From: an uncultured Bacteroidota bacterium
Lineage (GTDB): Bacteria; Bacteroidota; Bacteroidia; Bacteroidales; WCHB1-69
Reading direction: 5' to 3'
DNA: 64,000 nt
NCBI GenBank assembly: GCA_902774175.1
Contig: CACYHG010000033.1
Location: 6,885 to 70,884, forward strand
In this document: positions 56,334 through 64,000 of the stretch, one piece after another
Numbering within the stretch: position 1 is the stretch's first letter
Layout of the letters: each line of letters begins with the position of its first letter
Position numbers and translations under genes: made by a program
Notes under the pieces: model-generated
Seen by the model: only the letters and a program-made list of their open reading frames with translations
Databases searched by the model: none
Told to the model about the DNA's origin: nothing

Positions 56334-57584
56334 ATGAAATTAAGAAGAGTTGTCATCACAGGACTTGGGGCCCTTACACCGATAGGAAATGACTGTCCGA
56401 CTTTTTGGGAGAATTTGCTATCCGGTGTAAGCGGAGCCGGCCCCATCACCCGTTTTGACGCCTCCTGCTTCAGAACAAGATTTGCTTGCGAAGTCAAGCA
56501 ATTTGACATTTTGCGCTATGTGAACCTCAAAGAGTCCCGCAAAATGGACCTGTTCACACAGTTTGCCGTGGCCGCCGCGGACGAGGCGATTGAAATGTCA
56601 CGCCTCAAGGATGGAAGCACCGACCTGAAGAGGGTCGGTGTAATCTTCAGCACCGGCATGGGCGGATGCGGCTCCTTTTATGAGGAAACGAAAAATCTGG
56701 ACATGCAGGATCCGAAACTATCCCCATTCTTTGTAACCAGGGTCATTTCGGACATTGCATCCGGACACATCGCCATCCGGCACGGCTTCATGGGATTGAA
56801 CTATTCCATATCATCCGCATGCGCCTCCTCGGCCAACGCCATCGCCGATGCCTTCACCAACATCCGCATCGGGAAGGCGGACGCCATTATCGCCGGCGGT
56901 GCGGAAGCCCCCATCACACCTCCGGGCGTATTGGGATTCAACGCATCCCACGCCCTTTCAACACGCAACGAGGAGCCGGAGAAGGCCTCCCGCCCCTTCG
57001 ACAGGGACCGCGACGGTTTTGTCATGGGCGAGGGTGCAGGCGCATTGGTACTGGAGGAATATGAACATGCCATACGCAGGGGTGCACCGATCCTGGCAGA
57101 AATTGTTGGCAGCGGCATGTCGGCAGACGCCTACCACATCACCCTGCCGCATCCTGAAGGAATCGGGGCGGCCCTCTCCATGCGCTACGCTTTGGAAGAT
57201 GCCGGAATAACCACGGATGAGGTCGGTTTCATCAACACGCACGGCACCTCCACACCGGCCGGTGACCTTGCTGAAATAAACGCCATCCGCACCCTGTTCG
57301 GGGAAGGCATGTCAAAGGTTGCCCTCACTTCGAACAAATCTGCCATAGGGCACCTGCTTGGCGCAGCCGGAGCCGTCGAAGCCATTGCAACCGTCTTCTC
57401 CCTGCGCGAGGGCATAATCCCCCCGACCTGCAATGTGGAGAATCTGGACGAAAAAATGCCGCCTGAAATGCAGCTTGTAAGGGACAAGGCGCAGAAAAAG
57501 GACATCCGGTACGCCCTTTCCAACTCCTTCGGTTTCGGAGGGCATAACATAACCCTTCTCCTGAAGAGATATGACGAACAATAA
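56334..57584 (+). CDS. fabF: Beta-ketoacyl-ACP synthase II
   Basis: 416 aa. Active-site context SSACASSANAI, plus NTHGTSTP and GHLLGAAG. Confidence 0.9.
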   Translation: MKLRRVVITGLGALTPIGNDCPTFWENLLSGVSGAGPITRFDASCFRTRFACEVKQFDILRYVNLKESRKMDLFTQFAVAAADEAIEMSRLKDGSTDLKRVGVIFSTGMGGCGSFYEETKNLDMQDPKLSPFFVTRVISDIASGHIAIRHGFMGLNYSISSACASSANAIADAFTNIRIGKADAIIAGGAEAPITPPGVLGFNASHALSTRNEEPEKASRPFDRDRDGFVMGEGAGALVLEEYEHAIRRGAPILAEIVGSGMSADAYHITLPHPEGIGAALSMRYALEDAGITTDEVGFINTHGTSTPAGDLAEINAIRTLFGEGMSKVALTSNKSAIGHLLGAAGAVEAIATVFSLREGIIPPTCNVENLDEKMPPEMQLVRDKAQKKDIRYALSNSFGFGGHNITLLLKRYDEQ

Positions 57585-58296
57585 CCCATCCGAGCTGAAG
57601 GGCAACGCACTGAAAAAATTCCTTCGGAGACAATTCGGGATACGGGTTCCGGCCCGAAGCCTGCCGCTATTCGAATCGGCCTGGCATACAAAAACATCCG
57701 TTCCAAAGGATGCCCCGAACAACGAGCGGCTCTCTTTCCTTGGGGAAAATGTGCTGGACAGCGTGCTGGTGGGATTCCTGTATGAAAAGTTCCCATTCAT
57801 GGATTCCGCATTTCTGGAAGAGATGCGGAACCGGATCGCGCACCACGCCAGACTTAGCCGCATGGCCCAACGGCTGCAAATCACCGGCCGTTCCGCATCG
57901 AACGACGAGAACGCCCTGCTGCTGAGGGACCATATAAACAGCGACATACTGAAAGCGCTTATCGGCGCCATAAGCCTCTGCAACGGGTACGATACAGCCG
58001 CCAGACTTATACAAAAGCAATTGAAGCAGCAGGAACAGACCATAAAGGATGTTGCTTCCGACAACACCAACTACAAAGGCAAAATAATGGCCTGGGGGCA
58101 GCGCAACAAGGCCGAAGTCCGCTTCAAACTGACCAAAGAGATCATGTACAACGGAAAGAACCTGCATGTGGTCTCACTATACATCAATAATGAATGGGTG
58201 GCCAACGGCTGCGACATCTTAGTCAAGAACGCGGAGCAGCACGCCTCGTTGAATGCGCTGGAATCCCTAAGCATCAACAACGAATACGAGCAATGA
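57571..58296 (+). CDS. rnc: RNase III homolog with a non-canonical catalytic signature
   Basis: 241 aa in the conserved acpP-fabF-rnc position. It has NERLSFLGENVL where NERLEFLGDS is expected, and SDILKALIGA where ADxxEALIGA is expected. A C-terminal dsRBD is present (..KNAEQHASLNALESL). Confidence 0.75.
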   Translation: MTNNNPSELKGNALKKFLRRQFGIRVPARSLPLFESAWHTKTSVPKDAPNNERLSFLGENVLDSVLVGFLYEKFPFMDSAFLEEMRNRIAHHARLSRMAQRLQITGRSASNDENALLLRDHINSDILKALIGAISLCNGYDTAARLIQKQLKQQEQTIKDVASDNTNYKGKIMAWGQRNKAEVRFKLTKEIMYNGKNLHVVSLYINNEWVANGCDILVKNAEQHASLNALESLSINNEYEQ

Positions 58297-60557
58297 GACA
58301 CCGCATCCTTCTCCTGTTCCTGGTGTTTTCCACCGTGCTGCAAGCCCAGACAGGCATGTTCAGGGGAAGCGTGCGCGACGAATCGAACGACAATCCCATC
58401 GCCTACTGCAACATCATTATATACGGCATCGGCAAAGGTGCCGTCACCGATGACAAGGGATTCTTTTCAATCAGCCGGATTCCGGCCGGGGAGTACAAGG
58501 TGCGCGTCAGCTGTGTGGGATACGACTCCATTACAACCACCATACGAATCGGCAAGGATGAGATTGTCAGCAGGGTTTTCCGCATCAAACCGTCGGTGCA
58601 CCAGTTGAGCGGAACCATAATTTCCGCTGAACGGGCAGCCAACCTTACGGACGTGCGTGTCGCAATGCAGTATGTGGCGCCAAAACAGATAGAGCAGTTA
58701 CCCACCGTCGGCGGAATCCCCGACCTTGCCCAGTACCTTCAGGTGCTGCCGGGAATTGTCTCCACCGGCGACCAGGGCGGGCAGCTATACGTTCGGGGCG
58801 GCACACCCATCCAGAACAAGGTGCTGCTGGACGGAATGAACATTTACAACCCGTTCCATTCAATCGGGCTCTTCTCTATTTTCGACACCGACATCCTGAA
58901 AGAGGCTGACGTATACACTGCAGGTTTCCATGCGGAATACGGCGGACGCACCTCATCGGTCATGGACGTGCGCACCCGCAACGGAAACAAAAAGCGGTTC
59001 GGCGGCAAGGCGGACATCAGCACATTCGGCTCAAAACTGGTGCTGGAAGGTCCGCTGCGCAAATGGGATATGGACAATAAAAAGGCAGCCTCCCCTATTT
59101 CCTTCATCACCAGCATAAAGGGATCATATCTGGAGCAGACCTCAAAACTGCTTTACCGCTACGCCAATGCGGACGGGCTCCCCTACAACTATCTTGACGC
59201 ATACGGCAAAATCACCATCGAGCCCTCCGACAACAACCATATCAACCTCTTCGGATTCAGCTTTAACGATCAGGTAAACTATCCGGAAATCGCCCGATAC
59301 CATTGGAACGCATGGGGCATCGGCTCGAACTTTCTGGTGGTCCCCTCCCATTCAGAACAGATAATCCAGGGTGTTCTGGCCTATTCAAACTACGGGATGG
59401 GGCTTGACGAGCACAACGAGTTCGGCAGGAACAGCGGAATGAGGGATTTCACCTTCTCCACCAACTTCACCTACCATTTCGACAAAAACACCTTCAAATA
59501 CGGTTTCGACCTGACAGGGACCTGGGTGGATTACAATTTCACAAATGCCTTGGGGGTGGATTGCGGACAAAAGACCTTCAACAGCGAAATCGCCATATAC
59601 ACAAAATACAAATGGAACCTCCGCAAGTGGATTATAGAGCCGGGACTGCGGCTGGACAACTACGCCTCGCAGAACGCCACCTCCTTAGAACCGCGTTTTG
59701 CCGCCAAATACCTGATGAAAGAAAACATTCGGTTCAAGATGGCGGCGGGACTCTATTCCCAGAACCTGATTGGCGCGACTTCCGACCAGGATGTGGTGAA
59801 CCTCTTCTACGGTTTCCTGACAGTTCCAGAGACAGATGAGCTTTCCGGCAAAAAAATCCGTAACAGTCTCCAGAAGGGGCAGCATGTTGTATGCGGCATG
59901 GAATATGACTTTTCAAGATTCATGACCGCCAACATGGAGGTCTACTACAAGAATTTCTCCCAGCTGACCAACATCAACAGGTATCAGGTTTTTGAGAGCG
60001 ACGATGAGTTCCTGCTGGAGACAGGACGTGCCTACGGCGGGGACATCACCCTGAAATTCGACAAGGACAATCTGTACGTCTGGACAGTCTATTCATTGAA
60101 CTGGGTCACACGCCACGACGGCAAAATCCGCTACCGCACCCATTTCGACCGCCGGCACAACCTTAACATCACCGCCGCCTACCGTTGGGGAAAGAACCAA
60201 TGCTGGCATGCAGACCTCCGCTGGAACTACGGTTCGGGCTTCCCGTTCACAATGACAAAGGCCTTTTATCCCAACATAATCAATTTGGATGACCTGCACA
60301 CCGACATCATCGGGGCGAACGAGACCCTCGGCACCGCACTGGACGATCTTAACCAGGGGCAGATGCCTGACTACCACCGGCTCGATTTCACCCTCAGCCG
60401 CACCTTCATCCATTCCGATGTCAGCCGTTCGGAAATCGGCATCGGAGCAACAAACCTGTATAACTACGCCAACATATTTTACGTCAGCCGTAAGACAAAC
60501 GAAAAGATATACCAGCTGCCATTCCTATGGAGCCTGCATTGGAACATCCGGTTCTGA
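58293..60557 (+). CDS. TonB-dependent receptor with an N-terminal carboxypeptidase-regulatory-like domain
   Basis: Start trimmed to ATG 58293 (MRHRILLLFLVFSTVLQAQ), which overlaps the rnc stop (ATGA). Plug-like region and C-terminal ..WNIRF. Confidence 0.8.
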   Translation: MRHRILLLFLVFSTVLQAQTGMFRGSVRDESNDNPIAYCNIIIYGIGKGAVTDDKGFFSISRIPAGEYKVRVSCVGYDSITTTIRIGKDEIVSRVFRIKPSVHQLSGTIISAERAANLTDVRVAMQYVAPKQIEQLPTVGGIPDLAQYLQVLPGIVSTGDQGGQLYVRGGTPIQNKVLLDGMNIYNPFHSIGLFSIFDTDILKEADVYTAGFHAEYGGRTSSVMDVRTRNGNKKRFGGKADISTFGSKLVLEGPLRKWDMDNKKAASPISFITSIKGSYLEQTSKLLYRYANADGLPYNYLDAYGKITIEPSDNNHINLFGFSFNDQVNYPEIARYHWNAWGIGSNFLVVPSHSEQIIQGVLAYSNYGMGLDEHNEFGRNSGMRDFTFSTNFTYHFDKNTFKYGFDLTGTWVDYNFTNALGVDCGQKTFNSEIAIYTKYKWNLRKWIIEPGLRLDNYASQNATSLEPRFAAKYLMKENIRFKMAAGLYSQNLIGATSDQDVVNLFYGFLTVPETDELSGKKIRNSLQKGQHVVCGMEYDFSRFMTANMEVYYKNFSQLTNINRYQVFESDDEFLLETGRAYGGDITLKFDKDNLYVWTVYSLNWVTRHDGKIRYRTHFDRRHNLNITAAYRWGKNQCWHADLRWNYGSGFPFTMTKAFYPNIINLDDLHTDIIGANETLGTALDDLNQGQMPDYHRLDFTLSRTFIHSDVSRSEIGIGATNLYNYANIFYVSRKTNEKIYQLPFLWSLHWNIRF

Positions 60558-60580
60558 CACCGGTCTGAAGTCCGGAACCT

Positions 60581-61495
60581 CTACCAGAGATGCTCCGGAT
60601 AGACGCCCTCCTTGTACAGATTGCGGAAAGAGCGAACCACTCCGGGACGGTCCTCCTGATAGGTGATGCCGAACCACTCCGCATCGGTCTTCAGCACCTT
60701 GACGCGGGCCTGTCCGCTCCGGATAAGCTCGTCAACCACACTCGGAATGTAGCACTCCGCCTTGGACTGGTTCAGGTTCTCCTTAAGGAATTCCTTGAAA
60801 ATACGCTCAATGTGATCAAAAAGCGAGGGATGGAAGCCCCAAAAATTCATGGAGACCAATGTGTCCGCATCCAACGGCACGCGGCTGCCGTCATCGTTGG
60901 TATGGGCGATACCGTCTTCCGTGCGTGAAATTTTGGTATACTCGCGCACGCCCGTCAGGAAACCGTCGGCATCCGCCTGACATACACCGCGGGAGACACT
61001 GCCGTTTTCCGACAAGGTGTGCGAAAGCCTGTAGGCCACCATGCTGTACATGTCGGAATCATTTTCAATGGAAAGGGAATTCAGGTATTCCGCCATGGTC
61101 TGGAAGGCATGAGCACCATAAAAATCGTCCCCGTTGATGACCGCGAAAAAGCCGTTTATCTTCCCCTTGGCCATCAGTATGGCATGTGCGGTGCCCCATG
61201 GTTTGATCCGCTCGGCCGGACATTTGAACCCCTCTGGCAGGAACTCCAGCTCCTGCAAAACATAATCCACCTCGGCATGGCCTTTATATTTGTTGAAAAT
61301 AACCTCCTTGAAATCATCCTCAATGCTTTTCCGGATTACAAAGACCACCCTGCCGAAACCGGCACGAAGAGCATCATAAATGGAATAGTCGATGATTGTC
61401 TCCCCATTCGGACCCAATTTGTCAATCTGTTTTACACCGCCGTAACGGCTTCCCATACCGGCGGCCAACACCAATAATGTAGGTTTCTGTTGCAT
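60581..61495 (-). CDS. Sugar-phosphate nucleotidyltransferase family protein
   Basis: 304 aa with an N-terminal LVLAAGMGSRYGG..KQ NTP-transferase motif. Confidence 0.7.
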   Translation of the reverse strand: MQQKPTLLVLAAGMGSRYGGVKQIDKLGPNGETIIDYSIYDALRAGFGRVVFVIRKSIEDDFKEVIFNKYKGHAEVDYVLQELEFLPEGFKCPAERIKPWGTAHAILMAKGKINGFFAVINGDDFYGAHAFQTMAEYLNSLSIENDSDMYSMVAYRLSHTLSENGSVSRGVCQADADGFLTGVREYTKISRTEDGIAHTNDDGSRVPLDADTLVSMNFWGFHPSLFDHIERIFKEFLKENLNQSKAECYIPSVVDELIRSGQARVKVLKTDAEWFGITYQEDRPGVVRSFRNLYKEGVYPEHLW

Positions 61496-61522
61496 GTTTT
61501 TAGGTTTTCAAAACTGAATCTG

Positions 61523-61530
61523 CAAAGATA
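61523..61530 (-). promoter_or_regulatory. -7 box TATCTTTG for the nucleotidyltransferase gene
   Basis: Matches TAnnTTTG on the minus strand, 27 nt upstream of ATG 61495. Confidence 0.5.
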
Positions 61531-61587
61531 CCAACTTTATCAATACGAAATGTTTTTTCCATGTAAAAAAAGTGAAGACATGAACGC

Positions 61588-61712
61588 CCCCTTAACCTCT
61601 TAAACCTCTTAAACCCCTTAAACTTCTCAAACCTCTTAAACTTCTCAAACCTCTCAAACCTCTTAAACCTCTTAAACCTCTTAAACCTCTTAAACTTCTT
61701 AAACCCCTTAAC
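61588..61712. repeat. 9-bp tandem repeat array, 13 full units plus 2 partial (plus strand YYCTYAAAC, minus strand GTTTRAGRR)
   Basis: CTCTTAAAC appears 7 times, with variants CCCTTAAAC, TTCTCAAAC, CTCTCAAAC and TTCTTAAAC. The array starts at the stop codon of 61708..62154 and ends ~60 bp upstream of the -7 box of the next gene. Confidence 0.9.
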
Positions 61713-62154
61713 ATCCCAACAAAACAATCTCACTGTACGGGGGCAGTGAGGCCACCGGACGGTAGCCCTCCGGCGTGCGTCGGCAGACAAACTGCTGCCG
61801 GCCGTTGAACAGAACGACATATTCCGCCTGCAACACATGATTGTACATGGCGGCCTGGTAAAGGGTGTCGCCGGAAAGCGGCACAGTCTCCGCCTTGCAC
61901 TCGACCAAAAGAAGGATACCTCCGTCAGGACGGCAGGCTACAATGTCATACCTGCGGGTCATCCCGTTGTACACCACCTTTTTTTCAACGGTGATGGCAA
62001 TCAAAGGGAAACCAAGCTCCCCAACAAGATAGCGCAGATAACTCTGACGCACGGCCTCCTCTGGTGTCAGGGGGACAAAACGTCTGCGGACAGGGTCAAA
62101 AATTTCCCTTTTCCCATCCTTTTCGCGGATGCGCACCGGAAGCTGGCCGGCCAT
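61708..62154 (-). CDS. HsdR-N-terminal-domain (PD-(D/E)XK-like) small protein
   Basis: 148 aa. ..EEAVRQSYLRYLVGELGFP...RYDIVACRPDGGILLLVECKA.., as in the stand-alone HSDR_N_2 family. Its ATG shares one base with the moxR stop (TAATG). Confidence 0.65.
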   Translation of the reverse strand: MAGQLPVRIREKDGKREIFDPVRRRFVPLTPEEAVRQSYLRYLVGELGFPLIAITVEKKVVYNGMTRRYDIVACRPDGGILLLVECKAETVPLSGDTLYQAAMYNHVLQAEYVVLFNGRQQFVCRRTPEGYRPVASLPPYSEIVLLGC

Positions 62155-63131
62155 TATTCGCGAACCTTTAAAAATTCCTCAATGATGCGCTCTATCGAAA
62201 CATTCTCCGCCTCCGCCCTGTAGTTCTTGACCATACGGTGCCGCATCACAAGGCATGCCACCGCCTGCACGTCCTCTATGTCAGGCGAGAGCTTGCCCGA
62301 AAGCACCGCATTGCATTTGGCGGCGATAATCAGGTTCTGGGAGCAGCGCGGGCCCGCGCCCCAAGCCAGATACTGGTTTGCCCAAGGGTGGGCGGAAGGT
62401 GTTCCCGGACGGGTTATCACCGAAAGCTTGACCGCATACCGGTAAACGTTGTCCGCCACCGGCACCCGCTGCAGCAGTTTCTGGAAATAAAGAATCTCCT
62501 CGCGGTCAATCACCTGCTTCGGCTCATACATCGCACCGCCGATTGTACCCTTCACAATATCGACCTCCTCGTCAAAGGTGGGGTAATCCAGGTAAATGTT
62601 GAACATGAAACGGTCCAGCTGAGCCTCCGGCAGAGGATAGGTCCCCTCCTGCTCTATCGGGTTCTGCGTGGCCAGCACGAAAAACGGGTCGGGAAGCGGG
62701 CGAGTCTCACCTGCCACGGAGACGCTGCGCTCCTGCATCGCCTCCAGCAGGGCGGACTGCGTCTTGGGCGGCGTGCGGTTAATTTCGTCCGCCAGCACGA
62801 TGTGGGAGAAAATCGGCCCCTTCACAAACTTGAAATTGCGGTTCTCGTCCAGAATTTCAGTACCCATGATGTCCGAAGGCATCAGGTCGGGGGTGAACTG
62901 GATTCGGTTGTAGGAAAGCCCCAGCGTCTTGGCGATGGTTGTCACCATCAGCGTCTTGGCCAAGCCCGGCACCCCTATCAGCAGCACATGGCCGCGACCG
63001 AATATTGTGATCAGAATCTGTTTCAGAACCTCATCCTGGCCGACAATAACCCTGCCGACCTCCTCCTTCAACTGGGCGTATTTTTCGGTGAACGCCCGAA
63101 CCGCTTCAACATCTGATTTGTATGTTATCAT
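62154..63131 (-). CDS. MoxR-family AAA+ ATPase
   Basis: 325 aa. GHVLLIGVPGLAKT Walker A, LADEINR Walker B, and FVLATQNPIEQEGTYPLPEAQLDRF. Confidence 0.9.
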   Translation of the reverse strand: MITYKSDVEAVRAFTEKYAQLKEEVGRVIVGQDEVLKQILITIFGRGHVLLIGVPGLAKTLMVTTIAKTLGLSYNRIQFTPDLMPSDIMGTEILDENRNFKFVKGPIFSHIVLADEINRTPPKTQSALLEAMQERSVSVAGETRPLPDPFFVLATQNPIEQEGTYPLPEAQLDRFMFNIYLDYPTFDEEVDIVKGTIGGAMYEPKQVIDREEILYFQKLLQRVPVADNVYRYAVKLSVITRPGTPSAHPWANQYLAWGAGPRCSQNLIIAAKCNAVLSGKLSPDIEDVQAVACLVMRHRMVKNYRAEAENVSIERIIEEFLKVRE

Positions 63132-63233
63132 GCCTATCTATTTTTGCATCCATAACAACGATGCTACACAATGTATATTGTGTGAGGGAAAAAGAAAATG
63201 CCACAAAATGTGGTTTTGTGTCCGGATTTCAAC

Positions 63234-63241
63234 TATCTTTG
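63234..63241 (+). promoter_or_regulatory. -7 box TATCTTTG upstream of the GT2 gene
   Basis: Matches TAnnTTTG, 19 nt before ATG 63261. Confidence 0.5.
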
Positions 63242-63260
63242 CACTTAAAAACAGAAACAG

Positions 63261-64000
63261 ATGGACATATCAGTTGTTATTCCGTTATTTAACGAGGAGG
63301 AATCCCTGCCCGAACTCTGTGCATGGATAGACAGGGTTATGAAAGACAACAATTTCACCTATGAAATTGTGATGGTGGACGACGGCAGCACCGACCGCTC
63401 GTGGGAGGTCATAAGCCGCCTGCAGCAGGAGAACGCACAGGTGCACGGCATCCGTTTCCAGCGAAATTATGGAAAATCGGCCGCGCTGAACGTCGGTTTC
63501 GAGGCAGTGCAGGGCGATGTGGTCATCACCATGGACGCCGACCTGCAGGACAGCCCCGACGAGATTCCGGAACTCTACCGCAAAATCACAAAGGATGGCT
63601 ACGACCTGGTCTCCGGATGGAAAAAGGTGCGCTACGACTCCAAAATAGCCAAGAACATCCCATCCAAATTCTTCAACTGGACAACACGCCGCATGTCCGG
63701 CATAAAGCTGCACGACTTCAACTGCGGGCTCAAGGCCTACCGCAAGGAGGTTGTGAAGAACATCGAGGTATACGGCGAGATGCACCGGTACATTCCGGTC
63801 ATCGCAAAATGGGAGGGGTTCAACAAGATTGGCGAGCAGGTGGTAAAGCACCAGAAAAGGAAATACGGCACCACAAAGTTCGGGCTTAACCGCTTTGTCA
63901 ATGGTTACCTTGACCTGTTCACCATCATGTTCATTTCGAAGTTCGGCAAGCAGCCGATGCACTTCTTCGGACTGGTCGGTTCGGTCTCCTTCCTGCTGGG
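63261..64000 (+). CDS. Family 2 glycosyltransferase (polyprenol-phosphate glycosyltransferase-like), 3' end beyond the window
   Basis: Hand translation gives MDISVVIPLFNEEESLPELCAWI..VMVDDGSTDRS..ITMDADLQDSPDEIP... The frame stays open to position 64000. It is absent from the track because it does not terminate in the window. Confidence 0.85.
   Translation, partial: MDISVVIPLFNEEESLPELCAWIDRVMKDNNFTYEIVMVDDGSTDRSWEVISRLQQENAQVHGIRFQRNYGKSAALNVGFEAVQGDVVITMDADLQDSPDEIPELYRKITKDGYDLVSGWKKVRYDSKIAKNIPSKFFNWTTRRMSGIKLHDFNCGLKAYRKEVVKNIEVYGEMHRYIPVIAKWEGFNKIGEQVVKHQKRKYGTTKFGLNRFVNGYLDLFTIMFISKFGKQPMHFFGLVGSVSFLL

Noticed and set aside
61588-61712. Possible CRISPR array
   Set aside because: The units are 9 bp and directly abutting with no spacers, and there are no cas genes in the window.
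61500-61838. 112-aa ORF translating the 9-bp array as (FKR)n
   Set aside because: It starts inside and out of frame with the HsdR-N-like gene, and it runs through the promoter of the next gene. The periodic translation is a by-product of a 9-bp DNA repeat. It is mentioned only as a possible frameshift product.

Overview
This 64-kb window looks like a high-GC Bacteroidales chromosome, possibly Rikenellaceae/Alistipes-like. That assignment is an inference from three things: TAnnTTTG -7 promoter boxes, type IX secretion (T9SS) genes, and a sulfonolipid-type gene pair. The core genes are well supported. They include a minus-strand T9SS-centred block (ruvA, sprA, prfB with its +1 frameshift, porX, an M16 pseudo-peptidase, an atypical sigma-54-type response regulator and a C10 protease cargo). 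Also present are acpP-fabF-rnc, sufS, queG, lpxC, cvpA, moxR and a capB/capA-like pair. The left 4.3 kb is one huge minus-strand ORF that is missing from the supplied track because it runs off the edge. It encodes a secreted protein built from about 23 cysteine-rich 51-57 aa repeats. Two blocks that look AT-richer by eye (about 7.8-10.7 kb and 20.8-28.4 kb) appear to be acquired DNA. The second block is the most unusual region. It holds an AbiEi/AbiEii module with a coupled third gene, plus ORF6N, RhuM, Bro-N/DinD and MORN genes. Several of these are mini-genes that keep only their N- and C-termini. Most are preceded by the same ~57-nt promoter-bearing element: five copies there and a sixth at 53 kb. 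A 64-bp direct repeat brackets a 2.3-kb insertion inside this block. Other oddities:
- an RNase III with natural substitutions at catalytic residues, including the E. coli E117K-equivalent position
- a (GTTTAAGAG)n 9-bp array in a promoter region
- two frameshifted genes
- a kinase-dCMP-deaminase fusion

I saw no rRNA, tRNA, CRISPR array or bona fide IS element. All homology calls come from reading the translations from memory; no searches were run.
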